From Podarcis tiliguerta (lineage: Eukaryota): a stretch of DNA of 64,000 bases. Below are positions 1-13,802 of this stretch, one piece after another. The DNA lies in assembly GCA_965153285.1 (NCBI GenBank), contig OZ229112.1. One strand, given 5' to 3'. The position numbers and the translations under genes are program-made. The notes beneath the pieces were generated by a model. The model had not been told where the DNA came from. It made no database searches and was given only the letters and a program-made list of their open reading frames with translations. The first letter of the stretch is position 1; every line of letters begins with the position of its first letter.

Positions 1-3000
1 GAGATAGTGGCAGTGCCTCCTCCCATGTCTGTCCTGGTGAACCCTTAAGCCTTCAGGACAAATTTGGTGATGACAGGGAACTGCAAAGCTAAGAATCAAT
101 AATAAAGGCCTCTCTCCCTGTTCTACTGGTGGATGCCTTTTGTCAGCAAAGTGACCCCAACTGGATTCCACTCAATAAGTTGCATTTTTGGCAATGCCAA
201 TTTTATACTAAGCTCTTACATAACTGTTTTGCCCTACTCTGGACCAGCCTTCTAAACATGTCTTTTTCCCTAAGGCCTTTAAGCTGTAACTTGAGTGTAC
301 AAATAATGACAACTAAACTTTCCCTTTTTTTGTACCAATGTTACTTTTTTTTTAACCCTTTCAATGGCAAATATTAAGAATTAGTATTTTGTCAAATAAA
401 ATTTCAGTTCAACAGTTCTGCAAAAATGACTTCATAATTGATTAAATGGAGTGGAATGGAAATATGCAGCCTGTTGAATCCTATTCAAATGTCCTGGTTT
501 ACGGATTGCTTTACTCATTTATAATAATTAACATTTAAGATAATTGAAGGAAATAGTTGCTGGGCATAAAACAACTGTTTTGATGTGGAATGCTTTGATG
601 AGTAGGGTGGGCTCCCTGCTTCAGAATATTATTCTTCAGCATATGCAGGGCATCTAAAACAGTGGAGGGGTGTGTGGAGCTTGTGTACTTATGGCTGTAA
701 CCTCCCTTGTGCAGTTACTTTGCACAGAGTTTGAATGCCTGAAGAAGCTTTGTGTCTATTAGGCAGATACTCCTGGAAACCAAACTTGTCTGTATAAGCT
801 AGCGACAGAAAGACATTTCTAGTCCTTAATTTATACACCACACCAAACCATTGTTTTTACTAATCATAGTTCAGGTGTTAAACAATGATTTGAGAGTTAA
901 ACACACAATGGTCACAGCATGGTTATAAGCTGTTCATTTGCTCTTAATTTTATATTTGCTTAGCATTATTTTCATTCTACAGAATCTTCTGGAGTTGCAG
1001 TAATTGATGAGACTTGGTTTGTGAATTCAGGCATCACACCAAACTACAGCTAGCCCCAAAGAACTGTACTTAAAACATGGTTTTTGATTTATTGTTTGCT
1101 TGTCAATTTCAAATGCTAATTTGTCCATTGAGAAATGTATCTCAGCTTCCTCAGCCATGGTGGGATGTGATGCCTGAATTTAATCAAGCTTGCTTTTGTG
1201 TACTATAGTCTTGAGTTTTAGATATTCTAATAAAGCAGAAATGCAAGAAAAAACCAAGAAAAAAAAGCAGTAGCTCACTTTTTCTGGCTATATCGTAGTG
1301 CCAGCTATTCACTAAATTAGAAGTAAGAAATAGGATGTAACACCCCTTCTGCTTCGGTGTCATACCAAGGGCAATTTATTTGTTCCCTGTAGCCATTCAG
1401 GGAAGATTCTCCCATGTAGTCTTGTTTGCATCTTTATGTGTCTAGTGTAAGCTTGAGATGGCGTATATTTAGTTGTCCTGTTCCAAGCTGCATCTGCATA
1501 TAGGAAAATGCTCTGCACCTGGTGGCGCAACCAATGGATGGTTGGTAGCTGAATTCACGTGTGCACAATCTCATGATTTAAGAATGCTTTGGAGGATAAC
1601 ATCTGTTTTAATGAGATTAAAAGTGTGTGTCTCCTTCCATCATTTGCCTTAAAGTGTTTTGAACTAGTGAAATTTGACTCTTTTAGGTTGGCATTTTGCT
1701 TAGCAAAAAATGCAGCTGCCTATTCATCAGAACATAAATGGAACTTTATCCCCAAACCTGAGTCCTTCTAGAGCATAGTTCATGGAGTCCTCAGCATGAT
1801 ACTTTAAACCAGAGTAGCCATAACTGATATCACTTAATACAGTAGCTCAAGACAAAAATCAAGTAGGCCAATGTTGTGGTTCAATTACAGCATCCAAGTC
1901 TCTAGTGGTCACTTTCACCCTACACTATACAACAGCAAAATGAAATTTAACTTGCATATACTCGTGATCACATCTCAAACGTGAGATAACAAAAGAGATG
2001 GGGAAATTCAAGCAGGTGCCAATTCCTGATATATTACACACACGCATATACACCCCCTCCCCCGTTTTTTTGGAGTAAGTATAAATACATGTAAAGAGCA
2101 TGTTTTTCCCCCAAGATCACTGTTATTTTAAATATGTGCATTAGATTAGAATAGCAGTTCTAATCTAATGTAGTATGCATTTCACCTCTAACATACATGT
2201 GATGCACTGGTAAAGTGGCTAATAAGGAAAAGTTACTTGGATCACAGTCACTTCCCCCCAGGTCCACATGCACAGCCTCCTAACGCAGTTCTTGAGCAGC
2301 AGCCCTACTTTTGATGCCTGCTAGAAATTCCTGTGGAACTCGGAAAAAATGACAAAACCATTTTGTGACATGCCATGCAGCTGTAGGCAGGGCCTCCTGT
2401 TTAAAATGGACTTCAAGAAAACTCCTACTAAATGTAAACAAGTCCAGGAGATATCCAAAAGTATTTTTGTTCTGTGAACCACCTTGAGACCTCCGGGTAT
2501 AGGGCAGTATATAAATTCAATTAATAATAATAATAGTAAAGTAGTGCATAGGATCGTAGTCACAGAGTATTCAATCTGGGTGGTTTTGAACATGTTTTTT
2601 CTTCAAATGTATGGCGACTTTTATATTAAGTTTGACCAATAGTCTTTGCATTGTAAGCCTTCTGACAGGGCCTTGTTTAAAATAAATAAATGCTGTCTTG
2701 CTGTGTCCTAATGCAACAAAAATAAGGCCCTATAAATAATATGGTCGGGAAATGGAAAATTAATAATTACTTTATCTGCTTGTTGTGCAATTAATGAAAG
2801 ACTGCTATTGATAATGATAAAGCAAAGCACTGAGAGTCATTGTACAAACAGGAAAATGTAAATACCATTCTGCTGCCATTGTAATAAAAAGTACTTCTCC
2901 TAGGCCTCAAGGTGATTGTTCCTCTGTATTTACAATGAATGGAATACTATGTGTCTTCCAAGCATGTTTACTTCTGTGGACTGATTAAAATGTCAGACAG

Positions 3001-6000
3001 GTTTGTTCACTAGATGGAAATACTGAAATAGTTTCTCAGAAAGTAATTCTGAGATAATTGATTTGTATGAATTTATTTTATGGATTCCTTAACATCTTTT
3101 GCAAGTAATTGTAATGAGAAAGTTACGTTGGAGCTACACATTATTTGAACTAAGGGGTTCAGAGAAAGACTTTGAAAAGCATACTGTTATCCCTAGGACA
3201 ATAGTCATAATCTGGCTGTGCATAAAATGTTGCATTTTAGCACATAAGAATAGGAATGTTCGAATAAACACCCTGCTTCAGTTGTGCAGTCAGAGGCACT
3301 CTGGATTTGTGCCTGCCATTTCTGATGGGGCACAGAAACAAGCTTGCCTATCTCCTTAACTAAATTAAGGCCAGACACAATTTTCTAGTTATACAGAGTT
3401 CCCCCTGCTCAGATAACTCTGCAGCTTTTCTTTTTTTAAAAAAGAAAACCATCCCGAAACACAGTAGTGATTGAAGAATGTAAATGAGAATATAATAACC
3501 AAATAGCAAGTCATGTCCGCATCATCTGCTGAATTCCTTCCCCAAGAATTTAATGGAAATTGCCCTAATGCCAAAAGGTGACTTTGCATGTTGTTTCCCT
3601 TTCCCAATATTCTCCAGCATCAGGTACAGTATATCACTTTTCTACTGATGAAATAATTTCCATTTGATTGCTGAAGAAAAAGAGGGAAATACAATGTATC
3701 ATTAAAGGCTAGCAATTTGTTTTAATCATTTGCCAGCACAGCTGAAAATAATTACTAATAAATAGGAACAACTGACTCTTAACTTCCCACGCTCTCCAAA
3801 ATAGTTTGGTTTTCTATTTCTGAGAGCTTGCATCTGGATTTCGGTATCATTTAGATAATGCGCGCACAGTGTTTGCAAAGGATGGTGGCACTAAAGCCTG
3901 CTTTAAACATGCGCAGATTCCTGTATCCCCATTGAAGAACATAAATTTGCTCTGCTTCATTTTGAATTCCCTTTCATTTTCTGTCTCCCTTTGAAACAAA
4001 AAGTGCCATGCCAGCTCATGTCCTAACTCAAAAGCAGTTGGCCTGTCAGAAGCACGCAGCGAGTGTTTTTGTGAAGAAAGGAATTCCCTTTTCTGCATTT
4101 TGTCTCTGGCGTTTAATGTTATGACTAGACAGTATGAGGCAACTTTTCACAACTCGTAAATAGAGCAGATTTCAGAAACCATTTTAAGAGGGCATTTTAA
4201 TTCAAAGCCCTGTAACTCCACGTTCCCAGATTATCGGACCAAATTCCGATAAGGCTGAGGTTGCTAGTGGTGGGAGTTGTTTTCAGCTGGGGAAACCGAG
4301 GCCTACCCCCTGCTGAGTAGGCAAATGGCTGTGGCTGGCATGTGGTTTTTCTTAAATAAAAGGGGAGGGTAACTAATGCATGAGCATCAAGGCATGGAAC
4401 CCGTCTCACCAGCGTGATGATTCCAGGAAGACTCACGCTGGAGACATAACTCTTACTACACTGTCATATGAAGACAGTCTAGGACATCCTCTTGGGGAAG
4501 TAAAGCAACGATTGCAACTATAACTGGAAAAATGTAAAGCAGTAATGGCTTCTCTTTTTGCATAGGCTGTTAACTGACTTAATTTATTCTTGGTAATTAT
4601 CCTTTTTCTTTAACATTGCTGACAATTTAATCAAGCTTAAATGTTCCCAGGTTTTTCTAATGATACCCTCTTTTGCTGGTTGACGGCTACTTTTCTATCC
4701 TTTGGCAGATAACAGCTTTGTGGTGGTCATAAAGGTTCCATTTTATATTAATTGACATTCTGGAGCATCTGAAGGCTTGCCCTCAGGAAACTATATGTCT
4801 AGGCATGCTTGCTTTTCAGGCCTCCTACTTCAGTGCAAACCCTGTGGAAGAGGATATCAGGAAGAGACTGGTGGCCAGGGGGTGGGGTGGAGTCTTCACA
4901 ATAATCAGTGTTTAATCATATTTCAGAAGAACTGAAAAGAGGAGGAAAAGGAAAGCATAATAACCATGGAAGAAAAAAAGGTACAATAGAAGAACACGTG
5001 ATTCATCAGTTTCATACAATAGAAAGTTGCCTGTGTAAATTTAATGTTGGCAGCCAAGGATGTAGTGTTGTTACTCACCGGGGTGAATGAGTTTGATTTT
5101 CAAGTCATGCCACTTCAAGCAAGGGCTCCCTTTTAGCTCATGTCTTTTATGTTAGAGGAAATGACTCTTAACATCAAGGGCTATGGAAAGTCATTCTTAA
5201 TTTTCATCTATGGTTCTAAAAAAGATCATAGTAATTATAAATCACCGAGAAGGGTTTGCTCAGCTATGATTCTTTATCACTTTTCTTTCTATCACCTGGT
5301 GCCACCCAGTATGAAAAGGGATGGAACTAAGAATTCAAAGTGAATCTGGAGGAAATGTATGTTTCACTTGTCAGAAAAATGTGGAAAAGTGCTGAAAGCT
5401 TTTATCAGAGAGTTGGATCCCTTAAATTTGGTCCTCCATTTTCCAAGACTGGTTCAAACATGCATGTATAACACTTGGATTCTCTGTTCTGCAGGCGGGT
5501 TCACATACATGTGCTGAATATATGATAAGTGCAACTTGGAGCTCCTTATGCAAATAGACCTCCATAGATACAACACTGGACACAGCTTTCACATCCCTCA
5601 CCCTGCTTTCAAAGCTATGCTTTCAACTGAACAGTTAGTTCACATGCTCAGCTGCCAGTAGTAATGGGTTGGATCCAGACATACCCTTCCAGGAAGCACT
5701 TCTTCCATTTTCCTGCTGGAGGAAGGGGATGGGTGGAGGATTTGAGTCAATTGCCTCCCCTGTTGTCACCCCCACCACCACCTCCCGCCCTGTTCCAGTG
5801 GGTCACACTCCAGATCAGCTTTTTATGGAGTCTTTAGGTAGAGGAGGAAGAGGCAGAAATTGCTACTTCTCTCTTCTGCCTATGGAAGCATCTCATGGGG
5901 AAAATTCTCCTCTCAAGCCCTGGTCAAGGGTGCTTGAGGCCACTTCCGTCACCTCCAACCTTGCCACATTCAATGATGTGGTCTGACGGGAGTCTTACAA

Positions 6001-6177
6001 GCCACCCTGTGATCAGGAAATGTAAAAGGTACCTTAGACTGCAGTTTCTGGGGAGTAAGCATCCTTAATGCAACAGGACTTACATCTGAATAGACATGCA
6101 TAGGATCACATTGGAAGCCTGCAATCCTAAAGACATTTTATTTGGGGTAAACCCCATGGAAACCACTGGGTTGTAAT

Positions 6178-6313
6178 CAGGGCTTTTTTTCAGCTGGAAC
6201 TCACACGAACTCACTTCCAGCACCTCCCAGGTGGGCGTCATTGCCATTCTAAGAGAATGAAGGAGATGTTCATGGTGAGTTCCGGCAACTCTATTTCTTG
6301 AAAAATAGCACCA
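6178..6313. mobile_element. hAT MITE
   Basis: Termini CAGGGCTTTTTTTC / GAAAAATAGCACCA; 8-bp TSD GTTGTAAT / GTTGTACT. Confidence 0.75.
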
Positions 6314-7689
6314 GTTGTACTTCTGAATGAACATGCATAAATCAAGTGATGTGCATGCCATGTGAATGAGGCCTGTCTATTCCAATTTCTTTCCTGCAGT
6401 TTGTCTTCATATTCTGTATGAAAAAGTGGGCTATGTTGTTTCTGGTTCGCTTCTGTGGGCTGTTGGATGGGTGTGTCTTTTCTGGGTAATTTTGTAACTA
6501 ACAAAAAAAAAGTTTTTTTAAAAATAAAAACTTAATTAATTTTGAAAAGGTACTCAGTGAAGTAATTCTTGTTCCTCCTAAAGGCAGAATAAAATGCTTA
6601 AGCAACCTTAGTATTAGACATTATGTGTAGTTCCACCTACACCAACATGAAAGCTTTGTAAACACCTAACCCTAAATGGCAGGCAGCAACTCTGAATGAA
6701 GCACTTAGATCTTGTGCAACTTTCTGGGGTCCCCCCACCCCCGCTCCCAAAACAGCAATGCACCATTAAGGGTGTGTTCCTGTGCCTTTGGCTAGAGTGG
6801 TTTCCCAAACCAAGCTTGAGAAGTATATGTTCTATGCAAATTAGATCACCCATAGGGAGTTAAATGCTCCATGGTGGTTTATAGCACAACACTTTTATTT
6901 GTTTAATTTTGAAATTATATATATATGGACATAAGAAGAACCTTCTGGAGCAGGCCAATAGCCCATTTAGTCCAGCATCCTGTCCTCACATTGGTCAAGT
7001 GGATGGAATTGTTGTGCATTTGATTAAAGTGAATGGGATTAAAAAGTGATTGATTTTTTTTAAAACAAAAGTGTTGAATTTGGGCTGGATTGTGGCCAAA
7101 CTGTAAAGGGTGGAGGGTGGGGGTCAGGGTGGTAATGATCAACTACAACACATTTCTTCCAAAGAAGTGATTACAGAACAGAGACTCCCATTTGTTCCTT
7201 GACTTACAAGTATATGCAGGTGGAACAGGAATCAACTCTGGCATTAAGTGTTTGCGTGAAAAAGGGGTGGGGTGTGAGGGAAAATGAATCATAATCACGA
7301 CTAAGAGAAACTCTATTACTTAATTACAATCTTTCAAATGAGCAATGACCCTTCACCTGCAGATTCTGAAAGAACTTCACTTTTAATGAGTAGGAAGTTA
7401 CACCTTGTGGCAGATACGCAAGGGCGCCCTGAAACCTGGGGTGAGAGTTAGTCAACAGCTATTGCTACTATTCATATTCAGGATTTTTTGTAGCTCTGTG
7501 TTGTGCTAGTTGCCGTACAGAGAGCTAGAAGTGACATGGTCCCTTCCCAGAGGTAATTCCAATCAGTGTTAAGTGGGCAACAAAATGGGAGACAAGGGAG
7601 CTTGAGAAATTATTAGTAGGGATGGGGTAAATTACAGTGAAGTGGGAGAAATGATAAGGATGTATTGCCCTCACTGTGAGAGGCAATAT

Positions 7690-7860
7690 GCTTCTGATAT
7701 CAGTTGCAGGAAAGCACAGGAGGGGAGAGTGCTGCTGCTGCTGCTCTCAGCTTCTGCCTGTGGGCTTCCTGGTACATGTGGCTAGCCATGGTGAGAACAG
7801 AGTCCTGGAACTAGATGGCTCTTGGGCCTGATCCAGCAGGCTCTTCTGATGTTCTTATGA
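7690..7860 (-). repeat. Short interspersed repeat; inverted partial copy at 6927-6998
   Basis: Reverse complement of cataagaaga...ctggagcaggcc...cccatttagtccagcatcctgtcctcac. Confidence 0.65.
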
Positions 7861-8646
7861 AAGGATTTCATGAGCAGCGGTGGTTCCAGGCATGTGCGGC
7901 AGAGAGACAGGAGTGGAAGGACATGATGTCACAAAGAGGCCAGGGACAGATGAGTTTGTGGATACCAGGAAAGGGAGCAGGTGATGGGATTGTAGGGAGG
8001 ATGAGTTAATAGTTCTGGATATTTTCGGAAGCAATTCTCAGCTTCTTAGGAGGGCAGCTGAGGGCCGTTGGATGTTGTTGATCCTCCTGTGACAATGGTA
8101 GAAGAAAAAGTGCTGGGTATGTGAGTGGCAGATCAGAAAAGAAGCCGGATCCTGATAATTAAAATATGGTCTTGTGCCGTTGGCATGCCCCTGACAAGGG
8201 AGGGAAAACGATGCCAGCACTGGAACTCATGCAGTTATTTTCCCTTCCACTGAAACCAATTGGAGTAAAAATATAAAACAGAAAAACTGGGAAAGGGGAG
8301 GAGGAAACTGCTGGAAACTACTAGTTAATTCTGATGTCCCATGTGTGTGCATGACTGCCTGATTGCCTGAATTAAAAAAAAAAAAGTGTGCGATGCTTGA
8401 CTCATTGTCTAGTCAAGAGAGACATACGTGCATTGTTTGCACAGTGTGGGAAATATAGGTTGTTAGAGTATTAAACACCCATGATTGTGCTCCCCCGCCT
8501 CTACCCCTCTCACAGTGAATTGACTACAACATTAAGTAAGTTTAAATACTTCACTTAACAGTAATCACAGGTCTCACTCATGCATCGTTCAGCGCTACAG
8601 CAAAAACAACACAGGTAAAGTATTCTTTGTTACAAAATACAGAAGT

Positions 8647-8790
8647 TACCGTATTTTTTGCCCTATAGGACGCACCGGCCCATAGGACGCACCTAATTTT
8701 TTGAGGGGGAAATAAAGGGGGGGGGAATAAAGCCCGAGCTTCCCCCGACCCCAGCCCCCAGAACAGGCAGTTCTCCGCAAGCCGTGGGAG
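8647..8790. mobile_element. One end of a Tc1/mariner (pogo-type) non-autonomous element
   Basis: TA|CCGTATTTTTTGCCCTATAGGACGCACC terminus with an internal repeat of ATAGGACGCACC; no second TIR seen. Confidence 0.65.
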
Positions 8791-9043
8791 CCTAGCAGTT
8801 AGATAGCACATCCAAAGTGCAAGTAGATAAATAGGAACCACTCCAGCAGGAAGGTAAATGGCGTTTCCATGCGCTGCTCCGGTTCATCAGAAGTGGCTTT
8901 GTCATGCTGGCCACATGACCTGGAAAAACTGTCTGCAGACAAACACCAGCTTCCTTGGCCAGTAAAGCGAGATGAATGCTACAACCCCAGAGTTGTCCGC
9001 GACTGGACTTAACAGTCAGGGGTCCCTTTACCCTTTACCTTTA
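8791..9043 (+). mobile_element. 5'-truncated Sauria SINE
   Basis: Colinear with 12305-12543 (cctagcagtt...aagtagataaa...ggaaggtaaa...cctttaccttt). Confidence 0.88.
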
Positions 9044-10544
9044 TGTTTAGATTAACAGCATTTCCATCCTGTTAGCTATTCCATGTTTACCTGTGCTCAG
9101 AGGCATATAGATCAGCTGTGAGGGACCTTTGATGCTCTGGAGGTTGCTGAAGTACCACTCTCACCATCTCTGGCTATTGGTCATGCTTGCTAGGACTAAG
9201 GGGAATTGCACTTCTTCAACATCTTGGGGTCGGCGGGCAAATATTATCTCCCTGCCCCTATCATATGTGACACTATGCATATTTACACAGAAGGACTGGG
9301 TGCAATGGGACTTCCTCCTTCTTCCCCAGTGTTTGTGTATAGCATTGCAGTTTTTCCTGCTTTTCTGGAATACCAATTTCACCTCCTTGTCGGTTGTTGT
9401 GCAGTCCCCTTCCACTAGGCACTCTATTTCTTTCACCATCACCCCCTTCTCCAGCACCTCTTTTTACCTTCCCAACCTTTTCCCTCCCGATTTATATTCC
9501 TTCTCATTTTTATTAAATGTATGCATATGCTCTAAGTGTTTGTGTTGTAGATTAGTTATTAGAAAACAAAAATGGGAAGAGGAGAAGCTTCATGATGCCA
9601 ATGGACAAAGGTAAATGTCAAAATGGTGTCAGCAAAGAAAAAGAAGAGAATGAGGAATGAGGGTGTTCAACTAGATTCTTAACTAATGGGCTTTACAGCC
9701 GAAGCCCAGAAGTGTTTTGGGTGTGGTGTGATGGCCATCAGACTGACACCACTGAATTACACCGCACCAATCTAGGACAAGGAGCAATAAGATGGGTCAA
9801 ACATATGCCACAGGGAGATGGAGAAGCCCAAGAGGGAGTGTGATGTTAAGGGCACGTTTAAGGATTAGCAGGACTGATGCTGATTCTGTCTTGTTCCAAA
9901 GAGTTGAAAATTATGTTGGTGTGTATCCTTTGATCTGTCACCATAATTTTGGGGTGCAGGTGACTAAATTGTATCTTTGACTTGACTTCACTGTCAAGGG
10001 CCCTTGCTTTCTAATACAAGGCCAACAGAGAAATCAGATTATTTGGACCCTGAATATAACATAAGCCAATTGTGTGGGTTAAAAGATTTAAAACAATCAC
10101 TGTTAAATCTGACACATTTCACTCCAAGCTCTTTATTTTGGTTCTCGGTTAAGAGGTGATTGAACTATTTGGAGAAGAGCCAGACTATGGAATCTCCAGG
10201 CCAGACTCTGGCACTGTTGACAAGGAGTCAAAAAGTATTGTGTTGTAAGAACTGCATAGCATTTGGAGACACTCCTTGGGCAAATCAAGAACTTTGTATT
10301 AAAATACAAAACTCTCTGGAAAAATCCGGGGGGACCAAGGTTATCTGTGTTGTGTGACCCATCTTGTTATGGCTGGTTTGTTCTTATTCTACACTCAGCA
10401 TGGATGTAACCAAATCCAACAAGTTCCAAAGCTGCTGCCATAAAGCACCACTGCAACAAAAACCTTCACATTTCTTGTGTTCTGAGCTTACTAACACCTC
10501 TAAATGACTTACGAAAATAGCAGGAGCAATCAATTCATGAAGGA

Positions 10545-10692
10545 AAGTGGTGGACTCTCCTTCATGGGAGGTTCTTAAGCAGAGGCTGGATGGCCATCTC
10601 TCATGAATGCTTTAGCTGAGGTTCCTGCATTGCAGGGGGTTGGGACTAGATGATACTTGGGGTCTCTTCCAGCTGTACAATTTTATGATTCT
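10545..10692 (+). mobile_element. CR1 LINE 3' end
   Basis: gtggtggactctccttc...aagcagaggctggatggccatct...ggactagatga...cttcca...tatgattct, a typical CR1 terminus. Confidence 0.85.
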
Positions 10693-11635
10693 GCAGTTTT
10701 ATGGAACTCCTCCAGAGGTGCCTGTAAGACAAGTTAAGCTAAGTTAAGCTTAGATAAGTAGTACTACTGTCTTGAGCACAAGAAGAAGCCTCCTGTGGCT
10801 GATCAATGACAAACTTTTGAATTGATTGACATCCCTAGTACAACTTATTCCATCTCAGGACAGGTAAGCCTTCTAGGTGTAGGTTTTGTGTACAACATCA
10901 ACGTGCATAAAGTAAAAGGGATGCACAGAAGGTCATGTGGTGACGGACTTGTTAAATTATTGTTGTGCAAGGCCTAAATGCCAAAGTGTGGCTGAAGGCA
11001 CGAGGCAGAACACACCCTACATATAAAGTTAATAATATATAGTGGCCTTCCTCCCGAACGTCTAATTGCAGAAATTTGGCTTAACCTGTCGGAAGGGCGT
11101 GTTAATTAAGAGGCAGAACCTGATAGACAGCTCTATTTTAAGGGACTGACAAGTACTCATCCTTCCTTTTGAGCAGCTGCTGAGCCCATTTGGCCCCAAC
11201 ACTTAATTCATGTGAGGAAACTGTTGACTGCAACAACCAGTTTTACTTTGCTTTTACCAGAGGCTAATTAAAGTTTTAACAGAAAAAAAACCATATACAG
11301 CTTGGGAGGCCTCACTGTCATGTCACAAAGGCTGAACACACTGACAACTGATCTGTCATGTGGTCAGGTTTTCTGCCATGTGGTTACTTGCTTTCTTGTA
11401 TTAGTACAAACATAAGAGTGCGGGTGGGTGTTTTTCCTGCCACACATTCTAATATGTGGTAAAAGTCCGTGGTCTTATCAAGTGTCAAGGCTTTCTCACA
11501 TTTACCTACCTGGTAGATTGGTAATCTGCCTGAGTACTTAATGGAAGGACAAACCAGACAAGCGTTCTTACAATTAATGCAGTTGTTAGTTTGGTTAAAA
11601 GTGGAGGGTGAGGTGATTCTTCTTTAACATTAAAA

Positions 11636-11773
11636 CAGGCTTGGGAAACCTCTGGCCCACCCAGTACTGTTGGACTACAACTCCCATCATCCCCATCCAG
11701 CATGACCAGTTCTTTGGGGTGATGGAAGTTGTAGTCCAACAACAGCTGGAGGACCATGGGTTCCCTAGCCCTG
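11636..11773. mobile_element. Palindromic ~135-bp MITE; further copies at ~9110-9240, 16858-16985, 33550-33665, 33705-33833, 39125-39250, 56127-56448 (interrupted) and 61110-61245
   Basis: Internal inverted repeat TGTTGGACTACAACTCCCATCA...TGATGGAAGTTGTAGTCCAACA shared by the copies. Confidence 0.8.
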
Positions 11774-12185
11774 AACTAAACCTGGATATTGGAGTGAAGC
11801 CCAACCCCTTTAGTCTACTGCCTTAAGATATTCATCTCAAGCCCATCTATTATACTAGAAGTAGACCAGTAGAATGGGAGTGAAAATATTCTTTAAGAAG
11901 CGGAGACAGTTAAGGCATGAAGCAGGTTTTGATCTTTCTGTTAGTCAACTTTAACCGCTATACCTGTGCTGTATAGCCCAATGGATGAGAGTTTGCTTGG
12001 TAAACATCTCTGTCTCTGGTTTGGATACCTTTCCTTAAGGAAAGGTTACAGGTTTTTTGTTTCATATCTAAGGAATGATTTGTCCCTCCTTGCTTCATCA
12101 TGGTTTGTAAAAATCCTGTTTTTTTGTGGTTCGAAAGGTAAAAATATTTGCCATAGTCCTATCTCTGACACGGGTGGTGTATCTT

Positions 12186-12543
12186 GGGACGCGGGTGGCG
12201 CTGTGGGTAAAACCTCAGCGCCTAGGACTTGCCGATTGTCAGGTCGGCGGTTCGAATCCCCGCGGCGGGGTGTGCTCCCGCTGCTCGGTCCCAGCGCCTG
12301 CCAACCTAGCAGTTCGAAAGCACCCCTGGGTGCAAGTAGATAAACAGGGACCGCTTACTAGCGGGAAGGTAAACGGCATTTCCATGTGCTGCGCTGGCTC
12401 GCCAGATACAGCTTGTCACGCTGGCCACGTGACCCGGAAGTGTCTTCGGACAGCGCTGGCCCCCGGCCTCTTAAGCGAGATGGGCGCGCAACCCCAGAGT
12501 CGGACACGACTGGCCCGTACAGGCAGGGGTACCTTTACCTTTT
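12186..12543 (+). mobile_element. Full-length Sauria SINE (tRNA-derived head, BovB-related tail)
   Basis: GGGACGCGGGTGGCGCTGTGG head with A box 12196-12206, B box GGTTCGAATCC 12249-12259, (ACCTTT)n tail; CpG-rich, so probably young. Confidence 0.93.
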
Positions 12544-13802
12544 TATCTCTGAAGCTTTGGTTCTGTATGCATGTATTCTCAATCATAGGGGTGAGTGGAG
12601 TATGCATATATACCCCATTCAAACATATGGTTAATCCTGGTTTTAAGGTATAAAGTAGGGAGACTGTGTGGTAAATTACTTCAAACACTTGGGGTACAGG
12701 CCCACTGTACAAATGCCCATTAAAACTTGCACGTGCTAGTTTATATTTATAGATGCACATTTAGGTTGACTGTCATAGGGCAAAACGTACTCTGTCTGTC
12801 AGGACTTATTCTGAGATATGGCGACCAACAAGATTTTCTGGTTTGAGTGCACTGTGTCATACCATCTAACATTTTCCAATGCCATGTGCCTTCCAAGATG
12901 TGCTCCTGGGCAAGTAACATGACCTGGGCCTCATTCTGCCTCCCCCCCCCCCCCAGTGCTTTTTTTGGGGTGTGAGAGTGCTGCACCTATAATGGCTATC
13001 TAGATTTCACCTGAAAATATGGGATGTCCCATTTTTTCTGGGGCACTTGGAAGGTATGCTGTGTGTTGAGTGGACCCTCTACCCCCACCCCACATAACCT
13101 ATTCAGAAGATCTTATGTACATATTAAAACTACTAGTAGCTGAACCCCTTCTCGACAATCCCTCCAGACCTCACCAGCTCCCTGCCACTCCCCTTAGACC
13201 TTGCCAAGCACCTTACAGCTGACCCAAACTCCCACCCTGCCCCTAGGCCTCCTCCCACCTCTCTACATATAGGACCTGCCTCAAACAGAGGTGGACAGCA
13301 GCAGTGGCAGCAGAGCAGGCTGGTTGCTGGAGAACTGGCATGTCCTGACTGTTTCTCTGCAGCTTGCCTTGGCTTCTGGGCAAATTAAGGCGCATACACA
13401 ACATACATTTAAAGCATATATCCCCACCCTCCAAAAAAAGAATCCTAGGTGAACTGTAGTTCACCTCTCACAGAGCTTACCAAGCTGGAGTGGCCTAGAG
13501 TTTTTGAGAAGGATAGGGTTCAAATGTGCTTTAAATGTGTGTACACAGCCTGGGGTGTGTGATAGCTAAAGTCTCACATGCATCTCACTCTGTAGCACTC
13601 CCAATTGCCCTATATTTTTTAAAAAAAGACAAAGGAAGTTAAAAAGAGGGAGAAGGCAATCTGAGGCCTGGCACAAAAGGCCTGGGCCTTAGGCCTTGTG
13701 GGCCTAACATCCCAACAATGCCCTGGGTGTAAAATGAACGTTTGCTTCTTAAAAACTGTAATTGCAAAGCACACATGTGCAAAGCGTGCACATTTTGTAA
13801 TT

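Noticed and set aside
1015-1185. Inverted repeat (GAATTCAGGCATCACA...TGTGATGCCTGAATT) as a possible structured ncRNA
   Set aside because: Arms flank a ~120-bp spacer and resemble the decayed palindromic MITEs common in this window; the geometry does not fit a pre-miRNA.
11966-12760. Overlapping ORFs of 82-175 aa
   Set aside because: They arise from the GC-rich, stop-poor Sauria SINE.
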